64,000 nt of DNA, from assembly GCA_965223335.1 (NCBI GenBank), contig OZ244991.1:384001-448000 (forward strand), in the 5' to 3' direction. The notes below the pieces were generated by a model. It had not been told where the DNA came from and made no database searches. It saw only the letters and a list, made by a program, of their open reading frames with translations. Positions within the stretch are counted from its first letter, which is position 1; the number at the start of each line of letters is the position of its first letter. This stretch comes from Thermodesulfobacteriota bacterium (lineage in GTDB: Bacteria > Desulfobacterota_D > UBA1144 > Nemesobacterales > UBA2774). A program made the position numbers and the translations under genes. Positions 20,301 to 29,053 of the stretch are shown here, one piece after another.

Positions 20301-20445
20301 ACGTGGCCGTTACGCTCACAGTGGGTGGGGCGATTTGAGGAAACTGCGCAATGGGCAATAGAGGGATGCATATTGCTCCTACTAGTGTTATCAGTATTGC
20401 CACGACAGTTGCAAGAACAGGGCGGTTTATAAAAAAATCAACCAA
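17341..20445 (-). CDS. RND efflux transporter (HAE1/AcrB-like)
   Basis: GLVVDDAIVVVEN, SKNAILIVEFA, RLRPILMT; 1034 aa; TTG start with GGAGG RBS. Confidence 0.95.
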   Translation of the reverse strand: MVDFFINRPVLATVVAILITLVGAICIPLLPIAQFPQIAPPTVSVTATYTGASAEVVEQTVTTPIEEQINGVEGMTYMSSNSSDDGTMTITVTFKIGYDLDIAAVDVQNRVELAKPRVPEEVSKYGISVNKQSTSLILAVHLISPDGSRDGVYLSNYIDIHIEDVLKRIPGVGNLTIWGERTYSMRVWMNPDKLASLGLTTNDVVGAIEQQNVQVAAGSIGEPPFPKGQKFQYTVSALGRLDTVEEFEEIIIRANPDGTVVRVKDIGRVELGAEDYSTISKLDGIEAIGIGIYQLPGANALDIDKQVRAKMEELSKSFPEGVEYRIIYDTTSFVKASITEVVITLFEAFILVFLVVFIFLQNFRSTLIPAITIPVSLIGTFALINALGFSINTLTLFGLVLAIGLVVDDAIVVVENVSRIIQEESLSPKEATSRAMKEVTGPIVATSLVLMAVFVPVSFMPGITGQLYRQFALTIACAVGISAINALTLSPALCALILRKETGQKNWLFRKFDDMFDMFREAYTGWVDLFTIRWKILLAVFLVLFGLTLYMFKIVPTGFVPEEDQGYFIINVQGPEGASLDRTNEVVEQAEKMLQDTPGVANVVSITGMNFLTGASDSNSGAIFPVLEPWSKRNTSKLQFQNILASVREKIAGIQGAILIAFNAPPIQGLSSTGGFQFELQDRNSLGLETLGQVTREMIGKGSQRPDLVDLFSTFNNNIPRIYVDLNRTKAMTQGILISDIFDTLQAYLGSLYVNDFNKYGRVYRVFIQAEEDFRSDARDISKLYVRNNLGEMVPLSTLIDIKPVVGAETIYHYNLYRAAEIDGDAAPGYSSGEAIEAMEELAAEILPDGMGYEWSGTSYQEIKAGNMAPMIFAMSIVFVFLFLAALYESWSMPFMVMFAVPLALLGALLAQHLRGLSNDVYCQIGLVMLIGLASKNAILIVEFARRRRDEGLTVVEAAMEAATIRLRPILMTAFAFILGVLPLVFASGAGANSRHSLGTAVFGGMILSTLLSLIVVPVFYVLIERLRERVSKA

Positions 20446-20480
20446 ACGAGACCTCCATATCCATTCCCCAGATGATCAGT

Positions 20481-21665
20481 TTACTTTGCGTTCTCCTTAG
20501 GTTTAGGAGTTTTTTGTGCTTCAAATTTTTTTTGAGACGCAAATTGAGGCTTTACCTTCTGGCCGGGTTTTACCTTCTGTAGTCCGTCAATGATTACTAT
20601 TTCACCCACTTTAAGTCCTTTATAAACAATCCGCATCTCCTTATAAGTCGGACCCACCTCTACTGTTTTCGAATCCACTACGTTGCCGTCATCCACCGCC
20701 AAAACATATGCCCCACCCTGCTGTTCCCTGACCGCCTCGGCGGGTACTAAAAGGGTGTTGGGACGCTCACCCAAAATTAGTCGCACCTCTACAAATTGAC
20801 CGGGCAAGAGTGTCTTGTCGGGGTTGGAAATAGTTGCTCGCATTGTTACGGTTCCGGTATTGATATCTATCTCGTTATCTATGAAATCAACCTTTCCTTT
20901 ATATGTATGCGTATCATCCTTTGCCAGTCTTACGTCTACAGCCATCGAGCCCTTTTTCTCTGCGCTCAATATGCGGGGAATATCCCTCTCGCTCACGCTG
21001 AAATAGACATACAATGGGTCCATCTGTACAATTGTCGCAAGTTTGGTGGCCTCACCCCCGGCACCTACCAGGTTCCCGACATCCACATAGCGCCTTCCTA
21101 TACGGCCATCGAATGGTGCCCTCATGGTACAATAGCCCAGGTTTAACCGCGCAGTTGTTACATTTGCCATATCCTCTTTTACTGTGGCCTCGGCCTCTTT
21201 GGCCAGCGTACGGTACTCGTCGTATGAGTCCTGTGTAATAAACTCTTTTTCCACTAGAGGCTTATATCGCACCACCTGTTCGCGGGCATATGCGAGTGTG
21301 GCCTTGTCTTGAGCCAACTTGGCCAATGCGGCATCCAACTCTGCCTCAAATGGACGCTGGTCGATCACAAAAAGCAGATCTCCTTCATTAACATCAGCTC
21401 CGTCTTTAAATGCCCTCTCTACCAAAAACCCCTCTACCCTCGCATTTATATCCACAGATCGTATAGACTGGATAGTGCCCACATACTCCAGGTAAACCGG
21501 GACGGTTGATTCGGTAACCTTGGCTACTGTGACAGCGGGTGTCGGCAGTGCTTGCTCCTTATCGCCCTTGCGGCACGAGCCAGAAAACAATAAAAGTACT
21601 AAGCAGAACGCTAGGACCGATGCAGTATAAAGATTATTGTTTTGCGATAATTTAATTGAGATCAA
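20481..21665 (-). CDS. RND periplasmic adaptor (MFP) lipoprotein
   Basis: Lipoyl/hairpin motifs (ARVEG, APFDGRIG), LLPGQF. Confidence 0.92.
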   Translation of the reverse strand: MISIKLSQNNNLYTASVLAFCLVLLLFSGSCRKGDKEQALPTPAVTVAKVTESTVPVYLEYVGTIQSIRSVDINARVEGFLVERAFKDGADVNEGDLLFVIDQRPFEAELDAALAKLAQDKATLAYAREQVVRYKPLVEKEFITQDSYDEYRTLAKEAEATVKEDMANVTTARLNLGYCTMRAPFDGRIGRRYVDVGNLVGAGGEATKLATIVQMDPLYVYFSVSERDIPRILSAEKKGSMAVDVRLAKDDTHTYKGKVDFIDNEIDINTGTVTMRATISNPDKTLLPGQFVEVRLILGERPNTLLVPAEAVREQQGGAYVLAVDDGNVVDSKTVEVGPTYKEMRIVYKGLKVGEIVIIDGLQKVKPGQKVKPQFASQKKFEAQKTPKPKENAK

Positions 21666-23149
21666 TTTTCTCCTCCATTTGTTTTCGGAGCACTATCCTC
21701 GTTTAACTCCAGAGACTCAATGTCGGTTCCCACTGCATTTAGAAGGTTTGCATAGGATATGAATATCTCGGTTACCGATTGGACTTCCTGCGCCCGTGCC
21801 TCGGCCAATGTGGTCTGAGCATTCAGCAACTCTACAATATCCCCCACACCGGATCTGTAACGTGTGAGAGAGGCCTCGTAGGATTCCGCAGCGCTTGCTA
21901 ATAAGGTTCTTGCAGCCTCAAGGGATTCGACAGCGGTCTTAAAATTGTAATATGAATCCCAGACCTCATCGATTACGATCTGCTCCTGCAATTTCAGAGC
22001 AGCCTTTGCAGACTCAAGCTCAGACTCGGCTTGGCGAACCGAGTTTATTAACGAGAAACCCTGGAATATAGGGACCTGTAACTGAAGCCCTACCAAATAG
22101 TTATTAAAAAAATCACTAGACTGATTCTCGGGCCATACAAACCACCTAACAATCTGAGCGGTGGCACTAAGCTCGGGCCAGAGTTCTGATTTTGCCTCCC
22201 TGACAAGTGCCTCTTTTCTTAGCACATTAGCCTGTACCGCAGCCAAAGCGGGCCTGTTGTTCTTGGCAAGATCAATCAACCCGTCTACACTCTCGCTCAA
22301 GGCTTCGATCGGTGGTTCCTCTATCGGATCAACCACCTCGAACTCCGTGTTGGACGGCCACCCCACCTGCGTGGCCAAGTTACCCTTGGATATCTCCACA
22401 AGCCCCTTATCCGACACGAGGTCCAACTGCACCTGTGACAGAGTGGCCTTGGCCTGAAGCACATCAGGCACAGTACCCACACCGGCTTCAAGTCTAAGGT
22501 CCGCAGCCTCAAGGCTAGTCTCGGCCTCCTCAAGGTTGCTTTCGTCAGCTTCAACAAGTGCCTGACTACCTATATATGTGTAATAAGCCACCGCAACTTC
22601 TCTAAGCACGTTTTGGATTGCCTGGTTCTGGTTCCAGTTGGCATTTAGCAGTGCTAACCGAGCGGCGTCGATCTCAGCCGACCTGCCCCCGAAATCAAGC
22701 AAGAGGTAGTTAAGCGAGAGCCCGAACTGTCCATACTGTTCGTCAAACGGGTCTTTCCCCCGGCTTGTCCCCCCTCCCGTTTCATAGAAGTAGCCCGCCA
22801 CACCTGCGATGTTGGGGTAGTAAAGCCCTCTGGCCTCGGCCCAAGCAGCCGCAGCAGCGCGTGCATCCTGCCAAGCCTGTTCGGTTGTAGGATTATTCGC
22901 CAGGGCTATATCCAGTAGCTGTGACAGCGTTAATGCACTCGTATCCAGCTCCGTAGGATCATGTGAGGTTATGGGATCATTTGTAGGAAACGACTCGTTT
23001 AACTCCTTGTCCGACGGCTCCCAGTATTCCCCCGGAGAGTCGGTAGTGGATGAATAGGGGTTCAGTTCGGGTAGACCATTAGCGCAAGAAATCAGTAGTA
23101 GACCGATTGCAATATATTTAGCACTGAGTATCAGGTCTTTCCCAAACAT
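21662..23149 (-). CDS. TolC family outer membrane efflux lipoprotein
   Basis: Duplicated OEP repeats (LLDFGG, PIFQG), lipobox LISC, overlaps MFP start. Confidence 0.9.
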   Translation of the reverse strand: MFGKDLILSAKYIAIGLLLISCANGLPELNPYSSTTDSPGEYWEPSDKELNESFPTNDPITSHDPTELDTSALTLSQLLDIALANNPTTEQAWQDARAAAAAWAEARGLYYPNIAGVAGYFYETGGGTSRGKDPFDEQYGQFGLSLNYLLLDFGGRSAEIDAARLALLNANWNQNQAIQNVLREVAVAYYTYIGSQALVEADESNLEEAETSLEAADLRLEAGVGTVPDVLQAKATLSQVQLDLVSDKGLVEISKGNLATQVGWPSNTEFEVVDPIEEPPIEALSESVDGLIDLAKNNRPALAAVQANVLRKEALVREAKSELWPELSATAQIVRWFVWPENQSSDFFNNYLVGLQLQVPIFQGFSLINSVRQAESELESAKAALKLQEQIVIDEVWDSYYNFKTAVESLEAARTLLASAAESYEASLTRYRSGVGDIVELLNAQTTLAEARAQEVQSVTEIFISYANLLNAVGTDIESLELNEDSAPKTNGGEN

Positions 23150-23235
23150 ACCTACCTTTCCCCAAAAATACGGTAAATATAAAGAGAGTAACTAGTGAAA
23201 TGTAGAGATAACGATTAGCACCCAAACACTTTCAA

Positions 23236-23265
23236 ATTGTAATCGTGTACTCGATGTATTGTCAA
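23236..23265 (-). promoter_or_regulatory. sigma70-type promoter of the efflux operon
   Basis: Minus strand TTGACA-18-TACAAT. Confidence 0.5.
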
Positions 23266-23302
23266 GGAAATGCTCGCTGGGTTGATCTGGGGAACGAAAA
23301 GA

Positions 23303-23623
23303 CTATGATTCGGCTATTTGACTGTTTATAGACTCGGCACTTTTCTTTGCATCAATTATAGAGTAAACCCAAATCCCAAGGCTAATGATTGAGTATATGA
23401 GAACCTTATTTAATATAGATTGATCAATAGGAGTACCATTCGTTATTTTATCTAAGGAACTGTAAATCACTTTAAAAGGCGCATACATCAGATATGTTAC
23501 GAAACTATAGCCTGCTAAAAACAGAACTCCTTTTATTATCTGACGATTATATGCTTGCCCCAACCCCGGCACTATAGCAGATAAAATCATTGCGATTAAA
23601 GGATTTTTAGGTTTTGGTTTCAT
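23303..23623 (-). CDS. Small membrane protein (TM2/DUF5683-like)
   Basis: KNPLIAMILSAIVPGLGQAYN motif. Confidence 0.7.
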   Translation of the reverse strand: MKPKPKNPLIAMILSAIVPGLGQAYNRQIIKGVLFLAGYSFVTYLMYAPFKVIYSSLDKITNGTPIDQSILNKVLIYSIISLGIWVYSIIDAKKSAESINSQIAES

Positions 23624-23630
23624 ATCAATC

Positions 23631-24413
23631 TCAAGCGCAGGCTTCGTACATCCTTTTTAGTTCATGACCCGGGTCAGGTGCCTTCATAAACGCCTCGCCA
23701 ATGAGAAAAACACCGATACCCTTATCAAATAACTCCTTAATAACTTCGGGCGAGCTTATACCGCTCTCAGCAATTACTATTTTGTGGTCGGGAACCCTCT
23801 TGGACAGCTCTAAAGACACATTGATATCCACATCAAATGTCCGCAAATCCCTGTTATTAATACCGATAATACGTGCATCAGCATCCAAAGCATCGTCTAG
23901 CTCCGCATCATTATGAACCTCTACAATCGCATTCATACCCAGCTCACGCGTGAGGACCAGAAGATCTTTTATCAGAGGTAAATCAAGACACGCCACGATA
24001 AGCAAAATAGCGTCTGCCCCATATGCCCTGGCTTCGTACACCTGATAGGGGTCGACTATAAAATCCTTTCTCAGAAGCGGGGCATCCACTGCTTCTCTTA
24101 CGTTTTTTAGATAATCGAGACTGCCCTCAAAATAGTTTACGTCGGTAAGCACGGATATCGCAGCCGCCCCATTTCGAGCATAGCTTTTGGCGATCTCTAC
24201 AGGGTCGAAGTCCTCTCTCAGCACCCCTTTAGACGGAGAGGATTTTTTAATCTCAGATATTATCCTTATTCGGTTATCAGGTTTTATAGAGTTAAAAAAA
24301 TCCTTAGGATCTATTTGCTCATTGGCTTTCGCCATTAAGTCGTTTATGCCGATCTTTGCTTTCGATCTATGTAATTCGATCCGCTTGTTCTCTACAATTT
24401 CGTCTAAAATCAT
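23631..24413 (-). CDS. trpC: Indole-3-glycerol phosphate synthase
   Basis: EIKKSSPSKG, LRKDF, GINNRDL, AESGI. Confidence 0.97.
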   Translation of the reverse strand: MILDEIVENKRIELHRSKAKIGINDLMAKANEQIDPKDFFNSIKPDNRIRIISEIKKSSPSKGVLREDFDPVEIAKSYARNGAAAISVLTDVNYFEGSLDYLKNVREAVDAPLLRKDFIVDPYQVYEARAYGADAILLIVACLDLPLIKDLLVLTRELGMNAIVEVHNDAELDDALDADARIIGINNRDLRTFDVDINVSLELSKRVPDHKIVIAESGISSPEVIKELFDKGIGVFLIGEAFMKAPDPGHELKRMYEACA

Positions 24414-24446
24414 AATGTGGTTTGTAAATCAGAGTTTATACGAACC

Positions 24447-25466
24447 TTAGTTTAATTTAGCGGTGGTGTTTTTTAGTTCCTCTAACTTGGCCATGGCTTT
24501 GCCGGAATCAATCGATTCTCGGGCCATTTCCAAGGCCTGGCCGAGCTCATCTGCAACGTCGGCTACAACTATTGCCGCCGCGGCATTCAATAGCGCAATA
24601 TCCCTTTTGGATCCCTGCTCCTCGGCTCTTAGAATTGATAACAGTATGTTTGCGTTATCGTCCAGGCTCCCGCCCTTTAGCTCCTCGGGTTTGCCTTTTT
24701 TGATGCCGTACTCGGTGGGGTCCAAGTAGTATTTCTTTGTCATCCCCTCCTTAAGCTCTGCTATGGTAGTTTTACCGGTCACCGTGATCTCATCCAGCGC
24801 ATCCGACCCATGTACCACCATGGCTCTTTTGTAATCTAGATTTCTAAACACCTTCACCACAGGCTCTACCAATGTTTCGCTATACACCCCCATAACCTGG
24901 CGCTTTACCCCAGCCGGGTTAACAATGGGCCCGAGGATATTGAATATGGTCCTAATCCCGACCTCTTTTCTCGAAGTGGCTACGTGTTTCATAGCCGTAT
25001 GAAACACGGGGGCAAATAAAAACACAATACCCGTTTCTTCTAGGCATTTTTCAGCCGACTGCGGGGAAATATTGATGTTTATACCCAGTTTCTCTAGTAC
25101 ATCGGCACTGCCCACCAAACTCGATATCGACCGGTTGCCGTGCTTGGCCACCGTCACCCCCGCACCCGCGGCAATAAAAGCAGCGGTTGTGGATATGTTA
25201 AAAGTGCCCTGCTGGTCCCCGCCTGTGCCGCACAGGTCCACAATATCGCGCTCTGTGCTTACCTTCTGGGCTTTCTCTAGCATTGTGCGCGCCGCACCAG
25301 TGATCTCGGATATCGATTCTCCCTTCATGCGCAGCCCTACTAACAACGCGGCCATCTGCGAGTCAGTAGCCCTGCCCTCCATCATCTCGTCCAGCACCTC
25401 GGACATCTCCTCTTCTTCCAAATCAATATGTTCTACTATCTTAGCTATAGATTCCTTAATCATCAT
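24447..25466 (-). CDS. trpD: Anthranilate phosphoribosyltransferase
   Basis: CGTGGD, FNIST, KHGNRS, GSADVLE. Confidence 0.97.
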   Translation of the reverse strand: MMIKESIAKIVEHIDLEEEEMSEVLDEMMEGRATDSQMAALLVGLRMKGESISEITGAARTMLEKAQKVSTERDIVDLCGTGGDQQGTFNISTTAAFIAAGAGVTVAKHGNRSISSLVGSADVLEKLGININISPQSAEKCLEETGIVFLFAPVFHTAMKHVATSRKEVGIRTIFNILGPIVNPAGVKRQVMGVYSETLVEPVVKVFRNLDYKRAMVVHGSDALDEITVTGKTTIAELKEGMTKKYYLDPTEYGIKKGKPEELKGGSLDDNANILLSILRAEEQGSKRDIALLNAAAAIVVADVADELGQALEMARESIDSGKAMAKLEELKNTTAKLN

Positions 25467-25903
25467 AATTCACCTTTATCCCATGCGAGCCTTACACTGT
25501 CGAGTATGCCGTTTATGAACGACCCTGATTCCTCTGTGCCATAAATCTTTCCCAGTTCCACAGCCTCGTTTATCGTCACCGGTGTGGGAATACTATCCAT
25601 ATATATCAGTTCATAAATCGCCATTCTAAGAATGTTTCTGTCGATTCTAGACATTCTGGACAAACTCCAATGCTTAGAGTATTTCGTGATTATATCATCA
25701 ATACTCTTTAAATTGGAATACGATCCCTTAATTAGTATGGAAGAAAATTCTTTAGTCTCATCATCTAGTTTTGGGTGGTTGGATTCCCAATAATACGATA
25801 TTGCACTCTCTAACTCCGAAGGATCACTGTACTGTTCATCAGAAGAATCTATTTGATATAAAAATTGGAGCGAAAGCTCTCTAGCGCGTCTTCTGGTGCC
25901 CAT
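25463..25903 (-). CDS. nusB: Transcription antitermination factor NusB
   Basis: RRRARE, DRNILR, INEAVEL, FINGILD. Confidence 0.96.
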   Translation of the reverse strand: MGTRRRARELSLQFLYQIDSSDEQYSDPSELESAISYYWESNHPKLDDETKEFSSILIKGSYSNLKSIDDIITKYSKHWSLSRMSRIDRNILRMAIYELIYMDSIPTPVTINEAVELGKIYGTEESGSFINGILDSVRLAWDKGEL

Positions 25904-25917
25904 GAGTTTTTATTACA

Positions 25918-26394
25918 TTATTTTTTTCGGGGAAATTGTTTAAACAGGTTAGCCATCTCAATCGCAGAAAATGCGGCTTCACTCCCGCGGTTCCCTGCCT
26001 TTGAGCCGGATCTCTCAATAGCTTGCTCCAGGGTCTCAGTGGTAATCACACCCGAGGTCACAGGAACATTATGCTCTTGTCCGATTGAGGCTAAATCTTT
26101 TGTTACTGTCGACGCTAGAAAGTCAAAGTGGGCAGTCTCGCCTCTAATAATTGCACCCACAGCAATAATTGCATTGTATTTGCCCGATTCCGCAGCCTTT
26201 TTTACAGCATAGAGCAACTCGTAAGACCCAGGGACTCTTATGAGATCAATATCTTTATCTGCACAGTTGTGCCTTACCAACACATCCTCAGCCCCCGAGA
26301 CTAAACGCTCGGTGATAAAATCATTAAATCTGCTTACGACTATTGCAAATTTAAGCCCTTTAGCATCCAATTTACCTTCGTAGATATTAGACAT
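25918..26394 (-). CDS. ribH: 6,7-dimethyl-8-ribityllumazine synthase
   Basis: SRFN, VPGSYE, IRGETAHF. Confidence 0.96.
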   Translation of the reverse strand: MSNIYEGKLDAKGLKFAIVVSRFNDFITERLVSGAEDVLVRHNCADKDIDLIRVPGSYELLYAVKKAAESGKYNAIIAVGAIIRGETAHFDFLASTVTKDLASIGQEHNVPVTSGVITTETLEQAIERSGSKAGNRGSEAAFSAIEMANLFKQFPRKK

Positions 26395-26408
26395 AACGAG
26401 TCTCCTTG

Positions 26409-27617
26409 CTAGTCGACCATAGAGAGCAGGTGTCCGAGTTTGTCCTTCTTTACCTTTAAGTACTTCGAGTTTCTGCCATTTGGGGCAATCTCGATCGGCA
26501 CGCGTTCTACAATCTGTAGACCGAACCCCTCGAGACCCTTTACCTTCCTCGGATTATTGGTTAATAGTCTCATATTTTTGACCCCAAGATCAAGGAGCAT
26601 CTGCGCCCCTATGCCATAATCCCTAAGATCTGGTTTAAATCCAAGCACCTCGTTGGCCTCGACTGTGTCAAATCCGTTGTCCTGGAGGTCATACGCTTTT
26701 ATCTTATTTACAAGCCCTATCCCCCTTCCCTCCTGGCGCATGTACAATATTACCCCCTTTCCCTCTCTCTCTATAATGCGCATGGCCTGGCGTATCTGGG
26801 GCCCACAGTCACACCTAAGAGAGCCGAACACATCACTCGTTAGACATTCGGAATGCACCCTTACCAAGATCCCTTCATCACCCTGTATCTCGCCTTTAAC
26901 AAACGCTACATGGTGCTGGGGGTCGATATCACTCTCATAAACTATCGTATGGAACTCACCGAACTCAGTCGGTATAGTCGCCGATGCCGCCCTTTTTACA
27001 AGCCTTTCGGCGCGTAAACGATAGCTTATCAGATCCGCAATAGACGCAATTTTAATATCGTGCTTTTCGGCAAATTTTTCGAGGTCAGGCAGCCTCGCCA
27101 TGTCCCCATCGTCGTTCATTATCTCACAAATCACCGCTGCGGCTTTGAGGTCGGCCAACCTCGAGATATCCACCGAGCCCTCTGTGTGACCCGCCCTTAC
27201 CAACACCCCGCCGGTCCTGGCAATTAGCGGAAACACGTGGCCCGGGCGTATGAAATCCTCGGGTTTGGACTCCTCGGATATAGCCATACCTACCGTGGAT
27301 GCCCTGTCGTATGCGGAAATTCCTGTGGTGATACCGTGACTGGCATCGATCGATATTGTAAACGCTGTATGCTGGGGTACCGAGTTGTACTCGGGCTTAA
27401 TGGGCTGTAGCCCAATCTGATCGGCATTGCTCTTTGTCAAGGCCAGACATATCAAACCCCTGCCGTGAGTAGCCATAAAGTTAATTACCTCAGGTGTTGC
27501 AAACTCCGCAGCTACTACAAGGTCTCCCTCGTTTTCTCTATCCTTATCGTCAACGAGGATTACCATCTTGCCCTTAGCGATGTCTTTGATTGCTTCTTCG
27601 ATTGTACTGATAGGCAT
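26409..27617 (-). CDS. ribBA: Bifunctional DHBP synthase / GTP cyclohydrolase II
   Basis: DRENEGD, RPGHVFPL, GHTE, RVHSEC...CDC, QEGRGIG; start placed at ATG 27617 (track ORF extends to 27665). Confidence 0.96.
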   Translation of the reverse strand: MPISTIEEAIKDIAKGKMVILVDDKDRENEGDLVVAAEFATPEVINFMATHGRGLICLALTKSNADQIGLQPIKPEYNSVPQHTAFTISIDASHGITTGISAYDRASTVGMAISEESKPEDFIRPGHVFPLIARTGGVLVRAGHTEGSVDISRLADLKAAAVICEIMNDDGDMARLPDLEKFAEKHDIKIASIADLISYRLRAERLVKRAASATIPTEFGEFHTIVYESDIDPQHHVAFVKGEIQGDEGILVRVHSECLTSDVFGSLRCDCGPQIRQAMRIIEREGKGVILYMRQEGRGIGLVNKIKAYDLQDNGFDTVEANEVLGFKPDLRDYGIGAQMLLDLGVKNMRLLTNNPRKVKGLEGFGLQIVERVPIEIAPNGRNSKYLKVKKDKLGHLLSMVD

Positions 27618-27689
27618 AACTGCTCTTAAACGGTACTTTCGGGGCGTACGAATTGTGCAGACCACCCCATCTCTGATCTCCTAGCTCTT

Positions 27690-27717
27690 AATATAAGCAA
27701 CACCGGTGTTTTGTCAA
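27690..27717 (-). promoter_or_regulatory. sigma70-type promoter of the rib operon with a palindrome in the spacer
   Basis: Minus strand TTGACA-16-TATATT; AACACCGGTGTT at 27699-27710. Confidence 0.5.
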
Positions 27718-27793
27718 ATAATTGAGCTCTGTATAAGGTCGTAATGATCACAAGAGCTTATATATGATTATACTTTGCTAAAACACAATGTTA

Positions 27794-28789
27794 TTAATGC
27801 ACAACAAAGTCAGAGACCAGGGATTTAAGCGCATCATTATAATAGATTTCACCGCTGCTATAAACCAAAAGCACTCCTATATCCGTACGGTTCCGAAGAA
27901 ATGCGAGTGCGCTCTCTCTGCCCATGGCGAATATCGCCGTGGCATATGCGTCTGCAGAGGTATTATCACCTCGTATAATCACAGTCACACTGTTGAAATC
28001 AGACCCCGGCTTCCCGAGAGTAGGCACTAGAATATGGTGATAAACTTTACCGTCACGCTCAATATATCTTTCATAGTCACCGCTTGTGGATATGGCCAGG
28101 TTCTCCCCTCCTGTCATAAAACTCGCAATCGCACCGGGCTGCCTGGGGTGCTTAATATTAATTTTAATATCTTCACCAAATACCCTAATATCGCCAGATA
28201 AAGAGACCAATGCCCCTCTAACCCCTCTTTCCATTAATATAGAAGATGCCTTATCAACTGCAAACCCCTTGCCTATCCCACCCAGATCAAGCATCATGCC
28301 TTCCTTGCGGAGCCCGATCCTATTGCCCGATATTTCTATATGCCTATAATCAACCAGCGATTTCGCACGTGATATCTCTGCCTCTGTCGGCACCCCCTCG
28401 CCCTGCCTGCCGAATCTGTACACCCCTATCGTAAGTGCGCCGATTGTGGGATCAAATGCGCCCTGGGTTTCCCGGGCAATGGTGATCGAGCGCCCAAGGA
28501 TTTCTATAAACTCTGGGCTAGCTGTAACTGTGCCTTTGCCCGCCATCTCATTCACTAAGCTGAGTTCGCTATTGGGTATGTAGTCGGATAGTATGCTCTC
28601 TAACACCGCCATTTCATCAAAAGCAGTATCCATATCCTCTGATTTGCCTTCGTAAAGCACTATGCGTGCGGTTGTACCCATGATATAACGGTTGCGTTCT
28701 ATCGGGGGTGAAGAGGTTAGGGGCTCTTGAAAACAACCTATTACGAGGCTGCTAAACACCAAAGTAACTAGTATATGGATTCTCATCAT
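27794..28789 (-). CDS. apbE: FAD:protein FMN transferase (ApbE lipoprotein)
   Basis: MGT, FDPTIG, DLGGIGKG, STSGDYER, HHI, ADAYATA; lipobox VIGC. Confidence 0.92.
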   Translation of the reverse strand: MMRIHILVTLVFSSLVIGCFQEPLTSSPPIERNRYIMGTTARIVLYEGKSEDMDTAFDEMAVLESILSDYIPNSELSLVNEMAGKGTVTASPEFIEILGRSITIARETQGAFDPTIGALTIGVYRFGRQGEGVPTEAEISRAKSLVDYRHIEISGNRIGLRKEGMMLDLGGIGKGFAVDKASSILMERGVRGALVSLSGDIRVFGEDIKINIKHPRQPGAIASFMTGGENLAISTSGDYERYIERDGKVYHHILVPTLGKPGSDFNSVTVIIRGDNTSADAYATAIFAMGRESALAFLRNRTDIGVLLVYSSGEIYYNDALKSLVSDFVVH

Positions 28790-29053
28790 AAATATTATAT
28801 ACTTCAGTTCGCCACAATATTCGGAATAGATACTACATAATTTACCTATAGCGCTTAAGGTACTATCTCTGTTTATTTGTTTATATACACCAAAATGGGA
28901 TTAGGCAAAAAATCAATCATTATTTTTAGCTCTATATCAAAATATCCCAACCTTGACTTGAGACAAAGAAAGATTTAGTTTTTTTAATTATAGAGTTTGC
29001 CATATTCGGATAATAGTATCGATCTAGATATAGATTTGTAAGGAACCAATTAA

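Noticed and set aside
27618..27793. FMN riboswitch upstream of ribBA
   Set aside because: The conserved RFN core sequence is not recognisable and the predicted leader is too short
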